From an uncultured Armatimonadia bacterium (GTDB lineage: Bacteria > Armatimonadota > Zipacnadia > Zipacnadales > UBA5352): 64,000 bases of DNA. The notes under the pieces were generated by a model, which saw only the letters and a list, made by a program, of their open reading frames with translations, had not been told where the DNA came from and searched no databases. Of this stretch, positions 9,470 to 18,956 are shown piece after piece (within the stretch, counting starts at the first letter, position 1; each line of letters starts with the position of its first letter). Both the position numbers and the translations under genes were made by a program. Location of the stretch: assembly GCA_964617715.1 (NCBI GenBank), contig CAZTZN010000002.1:23441-87440 (forward strand), given 5' to 3'.

Positions 9470-10195
9470 ATGACGCATGGCGGCAGGTTTGTGCTGATCA
9501 TCATGCTGGGCCTCGCGGGAGCGCTCGCCGGGGCCATGGCGTTGGCGCAGGACGACTACACTGCACAGCGCGAGGCCATGGTGGACGCGCTGGTGGCCGA
9601 TGGGATCATCACCAATCAGCGCGTGATAGATGCCCTGAAGGCTGTGCCCCGACACGAGTTCGTCACCCCGGGGCAGGTCGCCTCGGCCTACGAGGACACC
9701 ACGCTGCCCATCGGCTATGGTCAGATGATCATCGCCCCCGGCTACGTGGGCATCATGATCGAGGCGCTCAAGCCCCGGCCGACCGACCGCGTACTGGAGA
9801 TCGGCACCGGCTCAGGCTACCAGGCGGCGGTGTTGAGCAGGCTGGTGCGTCACGTCTACACCGTGGAGCCGGTCGAGGAGCTGGCCGTCGCCGCCCGTGA
9901 GCGGCTGCAGAGCCTGGGCTGCGCCAACGTGACCGTCCGGCAGGGAGATGGCGCCCTCGGCTGGGCGGAGCAGGCGCCCTTCGACAAGATCATCGTCAAC
10001 GTGGCGCCCGCCGAGATCCCCCCGACGCTCATCGCCCAGCTCAAGGACGGTGGGCTGATGGTCATCCCGATCGCCGAGGACGAATGGGCGCAGAAGCTCT
10101 ACGTCGTAAGCAAGGCCGGCGATACGCTTGAGAAAACCGAGCTGGCGGACGTCATCTTCGCGCCGATGACCCCGCCGGCTCCGGCTGAGGAGTAG
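9470..10195 (+). CDS. pcm: Protein-L-isoaspartate O-methyltransferase with an N-terminal signal peptide (exported)
   Basis: AGGAGGG SD before the ATG at 9470 (track ORF begins at the GTG 9461). Signal-like MTHGGRFVLIIMLGLAGALAGAMALAQD. PIMT motifs VLEIGTGSGYQAAVL and DKIIVNVA. Confidence 0.8.
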   Translation: MTHGGRFVLIIMLGLAGALAGAMALAQDDYTAQREAMVDALVADGIITNQRVIDALKAVPRHEFVTPGQVASAYEDTTLPIGYGQMIIAPGYVGIMIEALKPRPTDRVLEIGTGSGYQAAVLSRLVRHVYTVEPVEELAVAARERLQSLGCANVTVRQGDGALGWAEQAPFDKIIVNVAPAEIPPTLIAQLKDGGLMVIPIAEDEWAQKLYVVSKAGDTLEKTELADVIFAPMTPPAPAEE

Positions 10196-10226
10196 ACGCG
10201 CCGCCTATTCGCAGCACCACGCCCAC

Positions 10227-10248
10227 GGGCCGCCGACCACGGCGGCCC
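10227..10248 (+). terminator. GC-rich hairpin (GGGCCGCCG-ACCA-CGGCGGCCC) after pcm; no U tract
   Basis: Perfect 9-bp inverted repeat read from the sequence. Confidence 0.3.
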
Positions 10249-10387
10249 GCTCGCGCGTACGCGTGTCGCGCCTCGCCGGCGTGACGGGTCGTGGCCATGC
10301 GTCGCAGGGAGGATTCCCCGGTTCGGGCGGCAATTCTCCAGTGGTGCCTCTGCGGGGAACGATCTCAACGCAGCTTTACCAAGGGAG

Positions 10388-12844
10388 ATGCGGCGATTGC
10401 CGATGCCACGAGAGCTGACTCCGGACGAATGCCGATGGCGTTGCGACGCAGACCTGTTCGAGTTCGCGACCACCGCCGAACTGCCCGAGCAGGTCGAGCC
10501 GATCGGGCAGGACCGGGCAACCCGGGCGTTGACCTTCGGCGCCTCGATCCGGAGCGAGGGCTACAACATCTTCGTGCTCGGTCAGCCGGGCAGCGGGCGC
10601 CATACGCTGGTGCTCGACGCGCTGCGTCGCCGGGCGGCCGAACTGCCGGTGCCCAGCGACTGGTGCTACGTGCACAACTTCGACGAGCCCCGCCGCCCGC
10701 GGGCGCTGGAGCTGCCGGCGGGGCGGGCGATGGAGTTCCGCGATGACATGAAGGAGCTGATCGAGGACGTGGATCGCGAGATCACGCGCGCCTTCGAGAG
10801 CGACGACTACTCGAGTCGGCGCGACGAGGTGGTGCGCGAGTTCCGCGAGCGGCGCAACGCCCAATTGCAGGAGCTGGAGCGCGAGATCCAGGAGGCCGGA
10901 CTGGCGATCGGCCGCGGGCCGGCGGGGCTGATCGTCGCTCCCGCACGCGACGGCGAGGTGCTCAACCCCCAGGAGTACCAGCAGCTTCCGCCCGAGGAGC
11001 GCGAGCAGATCGACCGGCGACGGCACGAGCTGCAGGAGAAACTCGACGACGTGATGCGGCGCGGCCAGCGCATCGAGAAGGAGGCGCGCCGACGTGTGGC
11101 CGAGCTGGACCGCGAGGTCGCGCAGTTCGCCGTGGGCGGACTGTTCGATGACATCCGCGCTCAGTATGAGGGCCTCGAGCAGGTGCTCGACTACCTGGAG
11201 CAGGTGCGCGAAGACATCGTTGACAACCAGGGGATCTTCCGAGCCGAACACAGTGACGAGGGAGCCCCCGAGGGCGCGCCCGCTCCACTGCCCGCGCTGG
11301 GCGCGCCCCATGCGCCGCAGGGGCCGTACAATCGCTACGCCGTGAACGTGCTGATCAGTCACAGCGGCGATGATGGGGCCCCGGTCGTCTTCGAGAGCAA
11401 GCCGACCATCGAGAACCTGACCGGCGACATCGAACATGTCTCGTACATGGGCGCGCTGCTCACCGACTTCACCATGATCAAGGAGGGCGCGCTGCACCGC
11501 GCCAACGGCGGCTACCTGGTGGTGGACGCGCTGGCCATCCTCACCCGGCCCTTCGCGTGGGAAGCGCTCAAGCGCGCACTTCAGGAGCAGAAGGTCTGCC
11601 CTGAGTCGGTGCGCGAGCACCTGCGATTGATCTCAACGGTGTCACTTGAACCTGAGCCGATCCCGCTTGAGGTCAAGGTGGCGCTGGTCGGCACACCGAT
11701 CGTCTACTACCTCCTGTACGCTCACGACGAGGAGTTCCGCAAACTCTTCAAGGTCAAGGCCGACTTCAACCTGCAGATGGACCGGACCGACCATGCGGCG
11801 CGGCGGTACGCAGAGTTCATCGCGGCCTGTTGCCACCGCGAGAGTCTGCCCCACTTCGCGCCCGATGCGGTCGCTCTGGTGGCCGAGGAGGGCGCGCGTC
11901 TCGCCGGCGACCAGGGCAAGCTGTCCACGCTCTTTATCGACGTGGCCGACCTGGTGCGCGAGGCCGCGTACTGGGCGCAACGCGGCGGGCAGTCGGTGGT
12001 GCGCGCCGCCCACGTCCGCCAGGCGGTGGACGAGGGGGTCTTCCGCGCCAACCGCATCGAACAGCGGATGCTGGAGCTGATCGAGCAGGGCACGCTCATG
12101 GTGGACGTGGCAGGAACGGCGGTGGGCCAGGTCAACGGCGTGGCCGTGCTGCCGATGGGAGACTATGCCTTCGGCAAGCCCACGCGCATCACCGCACGCA
12201 GCTTCCTGGGCAAGCCCGGCGTGATCAGCATTGACCGTGAGGCCGAGATGGCCGGACCAATCCACAACAAGGCCAGCTTGATCCTGGGCGGCTATCTGGG
12301 CGAGAAGTTCGCCGTGGACCAGCCGCTCAGCGCCGCGGTGACGCTCGCCTTCGAGCAGGTCTACGAAGAGGTCGAGGGCGACAGCGCGGCGGCGGCAGAA
12401 CTCTATGCCCTGCTCTCCAGCCTCGGCGAGGTGCCTCTGCGCCAGGATCTGGCGGTGACCGGCTCGGTCAACCAGCACGGACAGATCCAGGCGGTGGGCG
12501 GCATCAATCAGAAGATCGAGGGCTTCTTCCGCGTCTGCCGTCTGCTGGGGCTGACCGGCACTCAGGGGGTCATCATCCCCGCCGCCAACGTGCGCCACCT
12601 CATGCTGCGCGAGGAGGTGCTGAGGGCGATGGCCGACGGTCAGTTCCACATCTACGCGGCCGAGACGGTGGATGAGGCCGTGGAGTTGCTCACAGGCATG
12701 CCGCTGGGCGAGCGCGACGCGCAGGGCCGCTTCGCTGAGGGCACTCTCGCCGCACGGGTCGCGCAACGCCTGGAGGCGATGGCCGAGGCGCACCGACGCT
12801 ACGATGGCGGCGATAACAACCGGGAGGACACGAAGAGCCGGTAA
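10388..12844 (+). CDS. Lon protease homolog of the YcbZ/LonC type: degenerate AAA-like domain plus S16 Ser-Lys protease domain
   Basis: The C-terminal half aligns closely by eye with E. coli YcbZ (FEQVYEEVEGDSAAAAELYALLS...VGGINQKIEGFF...GVIIPAANVRHLML). The P-loop-like segment GQPGSGRHT has Arg in place of the Walker A lysine. The Walker B region YLVVDALAI lacks the Glu. The alternative start ATG 10403 has better SD spacing. Confidence 0.75.
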   Translation: MRRLPMPRELTPDECRWRCDADLFEFATTAELPEQVEPIGQDRATRALTFGASIRSEGYNIFVLGQPGSGRHTLVLDALRRRAAELPVPSDWCYVHNFDEPRRPRALELPAGRAMEFRDDMKELIEDVDREITRAFESDDYSSRRDEVVREFRERRNAQLQELEREIQEAGLAIGRGPAGLIVAPARDGEVLNPQEYQQLPPEEREQIDRRRHELQEKLDDVMRRGQRIEKEARRRVAELDREVAQFAVGGLFDDIRAQYEGLEQVLDYLEQVREDIVDNQGIFRAEHSDEGAPEGAPAPLPALGAPHAPQGPYNRYAVNVLISHSGDDGAPVVFESKPTIENLTGDIEHVSYMGALLTDFTMIKEGALHRANGGYLVVDALAILTRPFAWEALKRALQEQKVCPESVREHLRLISTVSLEPEPIPLEVKVALVGTPIVYYLLYAHDEEFRKLFKVKADFNLQMDRTDHAARRYAEFIAACCHRESLPHFAPDAVALVAEEGARLAGDQGKLSTLFIDVADLVREAAYWAQRGGQSVVRAAHVRQAVDEGVFRANRIEQRMLELIEQGTLMVDVAGTAVGQVNGVAVLPMGDYAFGKPTRITARSFLGKPGVISIDREAEMAGPIHNKASLILGGYLGEKFAVDQPLSAAVTLAFEQVYEEVEGDSAAAAELYALLSSLGEVPLRQDLAVTGSVNQHGQIQAVGGINQKIEGFFRVCRLLGLTGTQGVIIPAANVRHLMLREEVLRAMADGQFHIYAAETVDEAVELLTGMPLGERDAQGRFAEGTLAARVAQRLEAMAEAHRRYDGGDNNREDTKSR

Positions 12845-13108
12845 CGAGGCGAAAAGTCAGGGGCCGACGGGCAGTCCCGGGGGGGGAGGACATTCCGCCG
12901 GCCCGTGCCTCACGCAGCATAGCCGCGCGAGGAAACCTTTGTCTCGCCCCGCATTATACCACATTTCGGATTGTTACCAACCTCTTAAGGCAAAAAACTC
13001 GGCCAGGAATCTCTACCGAAGGTCACCTGCCGACGCGAGCCCCCACTGCTTCATCGCAAAAAGCCGCACCTGGGCGTGCAGGCGGCCACGAATCGGGCAC
13101 TGCACCCC

Positions 13109-13137
13109 TTGCAATGTGCCGGGGCTTGCGCTATAAT
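13109..13137 (+). promoter_or_regulatory. Near-consensus sigma70 promoter TTGCAA-N17-TATAAT for the rimP-nusA-infB operon
   Basis: TTGCAA at 13109-13114, a 17-nt spacer and TATAAT at 13132-13137, about 115 nt upstream of the rimP ATG. Confidence 0.55.
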
Positions 13138-13173
13138 ACTCAGCGACGAAACCACATCTCAGGGATTCTTTCT

Positions 13174-13209
13174 GGGAGTGGGCCGCGCGGCCCACTCCCT
13201 TCGTTTTCC
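13174..13209 (+). terminator. Leader hairpin GGGAGTGGGCC-GCGC-GGCCCACTCCC followed by an interrupted U tract (UUCGUUUUCC): candidate attenuator/NusA-dependent terminator
   Basis: Perfect 11-bp stem read directly from the sequence, about 35 nt downstream of the predicted TSS. A second hairpin CCGCGACCT-GTTCA-AGGTCGCGG sits at 13208-13230. Confidence 0.45.
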
Positions 13210-13249
13210 GCGACCTGTTCAAGGTCGCGGCGAGAGCGCCGGTGCGGAC

Positions 13250-13735
13250 ATGAGGATCAGAAAGCATCCGGTTGTGCGCAAGATCGAGGCCGAAGTTGAG
13301 CGCCTGCTTGCGGACTTCGGGTACGAACTGGTTCAACTCAAGTACGGAGGTGCGAGCAGCGGGCGGTCGCTGACGGTACTGTTGGACCGCCCGGAGGGCG
13401 TTACGGCCCAGGACTGCTCAGAGATGAGCCGAAGGCTGTCGATGCTGCTGGATACACTGGACCCGATCCCGAGTTCCTACACACTGATCGTGTCATCGCC
13501 GGGGCTGGACCGCCCGCTCACGCGCGATGGGGACTTTCAGCGCTTCGCGGGGGAACTCGCGGCTGTGCGGCACGTGGCGGCGGACGGATCGCGGCGCACC
13601 GACAGGGGCGTGCTGCAGGGGCTCAAGGACGACCAGGTGGTTATGCAAGTCAATGGCGATACCGTACACATCCCGCTTGCCGAGGTCGAGGAGGCGAACC
13701 TGGTCTACGACTGGGACGCTCACGACGGGCGCTGA
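13250..13735 (+). CDS. rimP: Ribosome maturation factor RimP
   Basis: ATG at 13250 inside track ORF 13076..13735. The translation is RimP-like and the gene sits directly upstream of nusA-infB, the conserved synteny. Confidence 0.75.
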   Translation: MRIRKHPVVRKIEAEVERLLADFGYELVQLKYGGASSGRSLTVLLDRPEGVTAQDCSEMSRRLSMLLDTLDPIPSSYTLIVSSPGLDRPLTRDGDFQRFAGELAAVRHVAADGSRRTDRGVLQGLKDDQVVMQVNGDTVHIPLAEVEEANLVYDWDAHDGR

Positions 13736-13787
13736 GACCAGCCTTGGAGCAGGCTGATGGCAGCCTTCCCGCAAGGAGTGTGGACGA

Positions 13788-15053
13788 ATGAACGGCGAGT
13801 TTCTGGACGCGCTTGAGCAGCTTCAGCGCGAGAAGGACATCCCGATGACTGCCCTCATAGAGACGGTGGAGGCCGCAATGGCCTCGGCCTACCGCAAGCA
13901 CTATGGGGTCAACGACGATGTGCGGCTCGAGATCGACTTCGAGAAGCGCACGGTCCGCATGATCGCCCGCACGCTGGTGGACGATGAGGCCATCGACGAC
14001 GGCCAGGGCGTTGACCAGACGGCAAGTGTCAAGACCGAGGAGCACGAGGTGGACGCCGCGGACTTCGGTCGCATTGCTGCGCAGACCGCCAAGCAGGTGG
14101 TCATGCAGCGCGTGCGCGAGGCCGAACGCGAGATCGTGTTCGACGAGTTCAGCCATCGCGTGGGCGAGATGATCACCGGCGAAGTGCAGCGCAAGGATGC
14201 CCGCAACGCGTACATCGCGGTCGGGCGTACCGAGGCGCTGCTGCCCGCCAACGAGCAGATCCCGGGCGAGACCTTCCGTTTTGGCGACCGACTCAAGCTC
14301 TACGTTCTCGACGTGCGCAAGACCACACGCAACCCGCAGATCATCCTGTCGCGCCGCCACCCCGGGCTGGTGGTCCGACTCTTTGAGCAGGAAGTGCCCG
14401 AGGTCTTCGACGGCGTGGTCGAGATCAAGTCGGTGGCGCGCGAGGCCGGGGCACGCTCGAAGGTCGCCGTCATGTCGCGCGATCCGCAGATAGATCCGGT
14501 GGGCGCGTGCGTCGGGCACCGGGGCGCGCGGGTGCAGTCGATCGTTGATGAGTTGCGCGGCGAGAAGATCGACATCGTGCGCTACTCCGACGATCCCGCT
14601 GAGTACCTCAGGAGTTCGTTGTCGCCGGCCAAGGTCTCGCAGGTGGTCCTCAACGAGGAGGACCGCTCGGCCGTAGTGGTGGCTCCCGACGACCAGCTCT
14701 CGCTCGCCATCGGCCGGCGCGGGCAGAATGTGCGACTCGCGGCCCAACTGACCGGGTGGCGCATCGACATCCAGAGCCAGACTCAGTGGGCGACCCAGGC
14801 CGAACGCGCGGCCGAAGAGCAGGCGAAGGCGATCGCGGCCGAAGCCAAGCGAGTGCGTGTCTACGAGCTGGCCAAGGAGCTTGACGTGCCCAGCCCTGAG
14901 TTGGTAGAAATCATGAAGGAAGAGGGCATGGATGTGACCAGCCATGCCAGCTCGGTAACTGCCGAGGAGGCGGACATTATCCGCGACCTGCTCCTCGGTG
15001 GCGAGGGCACACTCGACGACATTGAACTCGGCAACATCGAGATTGAGCTGTAA
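13788..15053 (+). CDS. nusA: Transcription termination/antitermination factor NusA with an unusual C-terminal IF2_N-like domain
   Basis: N-terminal domain, S1, KH1 and KH2 (ends LTGWRIDIQ) are recognisable. The roughly 75-aa tail [41 protein letters not shown] resembles the IF2 N-terminal domain. Confidence 0.9.
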   Translation: MNGEFLDALEQLQREKDIPMTALIETVEAAMASAYRKHYGVNDDVRLEIDFEKRTVRMIARTLVDDEAIDDGQGVDQTASVKTEEHEVDAADFGRIAAQTAKQVVMQRVREAEREIVFDEFSHRVGEMITGEVQRKDARNAYIAVGRTEALLPANEQIPGETFRFGDRLKLYVLDVRKTTRNPQIILSRRHPGLVVRLFEQEVPEVFDGVVEIKSVAREAGARSKVAVMSRDPQIDPVGACVGHRGARVQSIVDELRGEKIDIVRYSDDPAEYLRSSLSPAKVSQVVLNEEDRSAVVVAPDDQLSLAIGRRGQNVRLAAQLTGWRIDIQSQTQWATQAERAAEEQAKAIAAEAKRVRVYELAKELDVPSPELVEIMKEEGMDVTSHASSVTAEEADIIRDLLLGGEGTLDDIELGNIEIEL

Positions 15054-17234
15054 ATGAGGCGGGACGGGGTGCCCGAACCCGACCCGCACAGCAGCAATCA
15101 GGCGAAGGCTGTGCCGGAGGTGTACGTATTGGCTGACCAGGTCCGAATCTTCCAACTCGCGAGGAAGCTTGGACTGCGCAGCGAGGCTCTGCTGAAGGTT
15201 CTCGGAGACCTCGGACTTGAGGACGTAAGCGCGGCCTCGAGCATTGACATGGAGACCGCCCGCGCGGCCGCCGAGATTCTGGCGGAGCAGGCGCGGGAGG
15301 CCCGCAAGCGTGCTGAGGAGGAGGCCGCCCGTGAGGCCGCGGCTGCTGAGGCCGCAGCCCGCGCGGCCGCGGCCGCCGCCGAGGAGGCCGCAGAGGCCGC
15401 AGAGGCCGCTCAAGAAGAGACCGCACCGGCCGGGGAGGAAGTTGTGGTGGCGGGGGAGGAGGTCGCCGAAGCCGGGGAGGGAGAGACAGAGGTCGGCGCG
15501 GAGGCGGTGGAAGAGGCCGACGAGGAGGAGGCGCCCCAGCGCTGGGTGCCGGCATGGGCGGCACCGGAAAGCCTGCGCAGTCTCGAAGAGCAGCTCGCGG
15601 AACTCGAGATTGAGGAGGAGGAAGAGGAGGAAGAGTGGTCGGTCGCCCTGCCCGAGGAAGCGCGACGGCCCTCCGGCGATCGCCCCGAGCACGCAATCGA
15701 CGTGCCGCCGGTCGTCGCCGTGCTCGGCCATGTTGATCACGGCAAGACCACTCTGCTCGATGCCCTGCGCGAGACCGACGTGGTCTCGACTGAAGCAGGC
15801 GGCATTACGCAGCACATCGGGGCCTCCGAGATTCAGCTTCCTGACGGCAACACCATCGTCTTCGTGGACACCCCGGGCCACGCCGCGTTCACCGCGATGC
15901 GGGCGCGCGGCGGCCAGGTGGCGGACATCGTCGTGCTCGTGGTGGCGGCGGACGACGGCGTCATGCCGCAGACCGCCGAGGCGATCGGTCACGCGCGGGC
16001 TGCCGGCGTACCCATCATTGTGGCCATCAACAAGATGGACATGCCCGGCGCCGACGCCGCCCGAACCAAGCAGCAACTGCTGGAACACGAGCTGGTCGCC
16101 GAGGACTTCGGCGGCGATACCATCATGGTCCCGGTTTCGGCGCTGGCGAAAGAGGGCCTGGATGAGCTGCTTGAGATGATCATGTTGCTGGCTGAAGTGC
16201 AGGAGTTGTGGGCCGACCCCGAGGCGCCGTTCACCGGTGTGGTGGTGGAGGCAGGCCGAGATGACAGTCGGGGTCCGGTGGCCACGATCCTGGTGCGCAA
16301 CGGCGAGATCAAGGTCGGTGACGTGGTCGTCTGCGGCAGCGCGTATGGGCGAGTGCGGCGGCTCAACGACTGGCGCGGCAAGTCGGTCAAGCGCATGGGG
16401 CCCGGCCACCCGGTCGAGGTCATCGGGCTGTCCGAGGTGCCCGATGCCGGGGAGATCATGACCGTGGCTGAGAACATCAAGGTGGCCCGCGAGATTACCA
16501 CCGAGCGTGAGCAGCAGATGCGCGCCGCCGGCCTGGAGGGTAGTGGCCGCGCGTCCCTCAAGGACCTCTATCGCGAGCTGGGTGAGCTGACGATCAAGGA
16601 TCTCAATCTCGTGGTCAAGGCCGATGTGTCCGGCTCGGTGCAGGTGCTCGAAAGCCAACTGCGAGCCCTGGACCGGCAGCTCGAAGAGGTGGATATCAAT
16701 ATCATCCACTCGGGCGTGGGCGAGGTCAATGAGTCGGACGTGCTGTTGGCGGTCGCCTCCAACGCCATTATCCTGGGCTTCCACGTGGGCGTGACCGAGG
16801 CCGCCGAACGCACCGCCGAGGCCGAGCACGTCGAGATCCGCACCTACGACATCATCTACGAGGCCCTCGACGACATCCAGCGGGCCATGCTGGGGATGCT
16901 CGAGCCGATCTACGAGGAGCAGCTCATCGGGCGCGCCCGCGTGCTGCAGATCTTCCGCATCTCGCGCGTGGGGGTCGTGGCCGGCTGCGTCATCACGGAC
17001 GGCTACGCCCAGCGCGGCGCCAAGATGGTGGTGACGCGCGGGCGCGATGAGGTGGTGTTCGAGGGCACACTCGACTCGCTCCGGCGCTTCGATAATGAGG
17101 CCCGGCAGGTGGAGGCCCCGAACGAATGCGGCATCTCCACCCCCGACTTCCGCGGCTGGGAAGAGGACGACCGGATCGAGTTCTTCGCCCAGGTCGAGGT
17201 GCCGCGCCCCACAACCTTCAAGAGCACGCGCTGA
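15054..17234 (+). CDS. infB: Translation initiation factor IF-2
   Basis: The ATG abuts the nusA stop (TAAATG). It has an IF2_N-like N-terminus ([29 protein letters not shown]), acidic/Ala-rich low complexity, a G domain ([25 protein letters not shown]) and a C-terminal beta-barrel. Alternative GTG starts lie at 15111 and 15120. Confidence 0.9.
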   Translation: MRRDGVPEPDPHSSNQAKAVPEVYVLADQVRIFQLARKLGLRSEALLKVLGDLGLEDVSAASSIDMETARAAAEILAEQAREARKRAEEEAAREAAAAEAAARAAAAAAEEAAEAAEAAQEETAPAGEEVVVAGEEVAEAGEGETEVGAEAVEEADEEEAPQRWVPAWAAPESLRSLEEQLAELEIEEEEEEEEWSVALPEEARRPSGDRPEHAIDVPPVVAVLGHVDHGKTTLLDALRETDVVSTEAGGITQHIGASEIQLPDGNTIVFVDTPGHAAFTAMRARGGQVADIVVLVVAADDGVMPQTAEAIGHARAAGVPIIVAINKMDMPGADAARTKQQLLEHELVAEDFGGDTIMVPVSALAKEGLDELLEMIMLLAEVQELWADPEAPFTGVVVEAGRDDSRGPVATILVRNGEIKVGDVVVCGSAYGRVRRLNDWRGKSVKRMGPGHPVEVIGLSEVPDAGEIMTVAENIKVAREITTEREQQMRAAGLEGSGRASLKDLYRELGELTIKDLNLVVKADVSGSVQVLESQLRALDRQLEEVDINIIHSGVGEVNESDVLLAVASNAIILGFHVGVTEAAERTAEAEHVEIRTYDIIYEALDDIQRAMLGMLEPIYEEQLIGRARVLQIFRISRVGVVAGCVITDGYAQRGAKMVVTRGRDEVVFEGTLDSLRRFDNEARQVEAPNECGISTPDFRGWEEDDRIEFFAQVEVPRPTTFKSTR

Positions 17235-17262
17235 TACCCGGCCCGTCGTTGGAGTCGTGCCG

Positions 17263-17550
17263 ATGCCCACCGTGGTAGGGCTGCTGACGGTCGAGCTGTT
17301 CATCTCCGACGCCGCCTCGCTCAAGGACAGGCGCCGCGTGGTCAAGAGCCTGCTCGACCGCCTGGCGAACCGCCACAACGTGTCGGTGGCGGACATGGGC
17401 CCGGATAACTCCCCGACGTGCGCCCGGGTGGCCATCGTGACCGTCGCCAACGAGGAGGCGCACGTGCACCGCGTCCTGAACGGAGCGCTGGGGCTCGTCG
17501 AGGCAGAGCCGCGCGCGGTCTGCGAGCGCAGCGCGATCGAGATCCTGTAG
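17263..17550 (+). CDS. DUF503 family protein (YlxP-like)
   Basis: ATG at 17263 within track ORF 17047..17550. It sits between infB and rbfA, the conserved position. Confidence 0.65.
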   Translation: MPTVVGLLTVELFISDAASLKDRRRVVKSLLDRLANRHNVSVADMGPDNSPTCARVAIVTVANEEAHVHRVLNGALGLVEAEPRAVCERSAIEIL

Positions 17551-17608
17551 TCGCAGCGACGATCGCCATCTGCCCGTCCGCCCACAGGCACAAGGAGGAT
17601 CGGCCGCC

Positions 17609-17989
17609 ATGAGCACGCATCGCATGGAGAGCGTCGGCCGCGAGCTGCAGGAGGAGATCGCCGAGATCGTCCGCACGGAGATCGATGACCCCCTCGTCGG
17701 ATTTGTGACCATCACCGACGTGGAGATGTCGCCCGACCTCAAGCACGCACGCGTGTACTTCAGCGTGCTGGGCGACGAGCAGCAGAAGCGGGACAGCGCC
17801 CGAGGCATCCGGCGCGCCGCCAAGTTCATCCGCGGCCGCGTCGCCGAGCGCATTGAGCTGCGCTACGTGCCGACACTGCGCTTCCTGCTCGACGAGACCG
17901 CCGAGCGCGCTCAGCGCATCGAGATGCTCCTGCGCCGGGAGGCCGAGGAGCTGCAGCTCGAGGAGCCGGAGCCTGATGACGAGCAGTGA
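17609..17989 (+). CDS. rbfA: Ribosome-binding factor A
   Basis: 126-aa translation with the RbfA KH-like core (RVYFSVLGD...) and conserved synteny. Confidence 0.85.
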   Translation: MSTHRMESVGRELQEEIAEIVRTEIDDPLVGFVTITDVEMSPDLKHARVYFSVLGDEQQKRDSARGIRRAAKFIRGRVAERIELRYVPTLRFLLDETAERAQRIEMLLRREAEELQLEEPEPDDEQ

Positions 17990-18956
17990 CGCCTGCGCCC
18001 GGGTGGCGCAGGCCGTCCGCGGGGCCGGCACCATCTTCCTGGTGGCGCACGAGAACCCCGACGCGGACAGCGTCGGCTCGCTGCTCGCGCTGCGCGACAT
18101 GCTACTGGCGCTGGGCAAGACCGTGCACGCCGCGACGCCCGACCCCCCGCCCGACCGCTTCAGCTTCGTCGTCGGCTTCGGCGCTCTGACTACGCAACCA
18201 CCGCCGTGGACGCCCGACCTGGCCATCGCTCTCGACTGCGACGGCCCGAGCCGGCTGGCCGTGCTTGAGGAGGCCTTCAGGGGCGCCGCGTGCACTGCGG
18301 ACGTCGATCACCACCGCGGCGTCTCGGCCTTCGGCGACATCCGCTGGGTGGTACCCGAGGCGCCCGCGACCGCCTGGCTCGTGGCGCAGCTCGCCCACGA
18401 GCTGGGGCTGCCCCTGACCCCGCCCCGCGCCGAGGCGCTCTACGTGGGCCTGATCGCCGACACCGGCGGCTTCCGCTTCACCAACACCTCGCCCGCGGCC
18501 CTGCGGCTGGGGGCCGAGCTGGTCGAGGCGGGCGCCGACCCGTCCACGCTGGCGCGCCGTGTATTCACCATCCGACCGCTGGCGGCCGCCCTGCTCGAGG
18601 CACGTGCGCTCGCGTCGCTCGAGATGGCCGACGATGGCGTGCTCATCGCCAGCCTCACCCGTGACGACTTCGTGGAGACGGGAGCGAGCCCGGCGGACAC
18701 CGACGGATTGATCGACTCTTTCCGTGACATCATCGGCGTGCGCGCTGCGGTGCTGATGAAGGAGAGTGAGTCCGGCGTCTGGCAGGTCAGTCTGCGCGGC
18801 AACGGGGTGGACGTCGCACGAGTGGCCGCACGCTTCGGCGGGGGCGGACACAAGTTCGCGGCGGGTTTCACCGCTGCGGGCGCGCGCGAGCAGATCAGGC
18901 GCAGCATGCTGGAGGCGCTTGCGCCTGCGCAGGACGGGGGCGCCGCGCATGGCTGA
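17976..18956 (+). CDS. nrnA: DHH-family phosphoesterase NrnA (bifunctional oligoribonuclease / pAp phosphatase)
   Basis: ATG at 17976 overlaps the rbfA stop by 14 nt. It has the DHH motif (FLVAHENPDADSVGS) and a DHHA1-like C-terminus (GGGHKFAAG). Confidence 0.75.
   Translation: MTSSDACARVAQAVRGAGTIFLVAHENPDADSVGSLLALRDMLLALGKTVHAATPDPPPDRFSFVVGFGALTTQPPPWTPDLAIALDCDGPSRLAVLEEAFRGAACTADVDHHRGVSAFGDIRWVVPEAPATAWLVAQLAHELGLPLTPPRAEALYVGLIADTGGFRFTNTSPAALRLGAELVEAGADPSTLARRVFTIRPLAAALLEARALASLEMADDGVLIASLTRDDFVETGASPADTDGLIDSFRDIIGVRAAVLMKESESGVWQVSLRGNGVDVARVAARFGGGGHKFAAGFTAAGAREQIRRSMLEALAPAQDGGAAHG

Noticed and set aside
7822-9537. 571-aa minus-strand ORF spanning folE2 and the DUF1559 gene
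   Set aside because: It overlaps two motif-supported genes on both strands and crosses an intergenic promoter region. The translation is low complexity.
10388-12844. BREX BrxL identity for the Lon-like protease
   Set aside because: No PglZ, BrxC, PglX or other defence genes flank it. The closest resemblance is to the housekeeping-type YcbZ/LonC family.
12845-13250. tRNA (metY-like) upstream of rimP
   Set aside because: No cloverleaf, no GTTCGAATC-type T-loop and no CCA-ending acceptor could be found by eye.
15590-15670. Tandem gag/gaa repeats resembling a repeat array
   Set aside because: They encode the poly-Glu low-complexity segment (EEEEEEEEW) inside the IF-2 N-terminal region. It is coding, not CRISPR or a satellite.
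13650-17591. 1313-aa ORF antisense to nusA/infB
   Set aside because: It lies entirely opposite two well-supported conserved genes. In 70% GC DNA the antisense frame of strongly GC3-biased genes is often stop-free, so this is an artefact.
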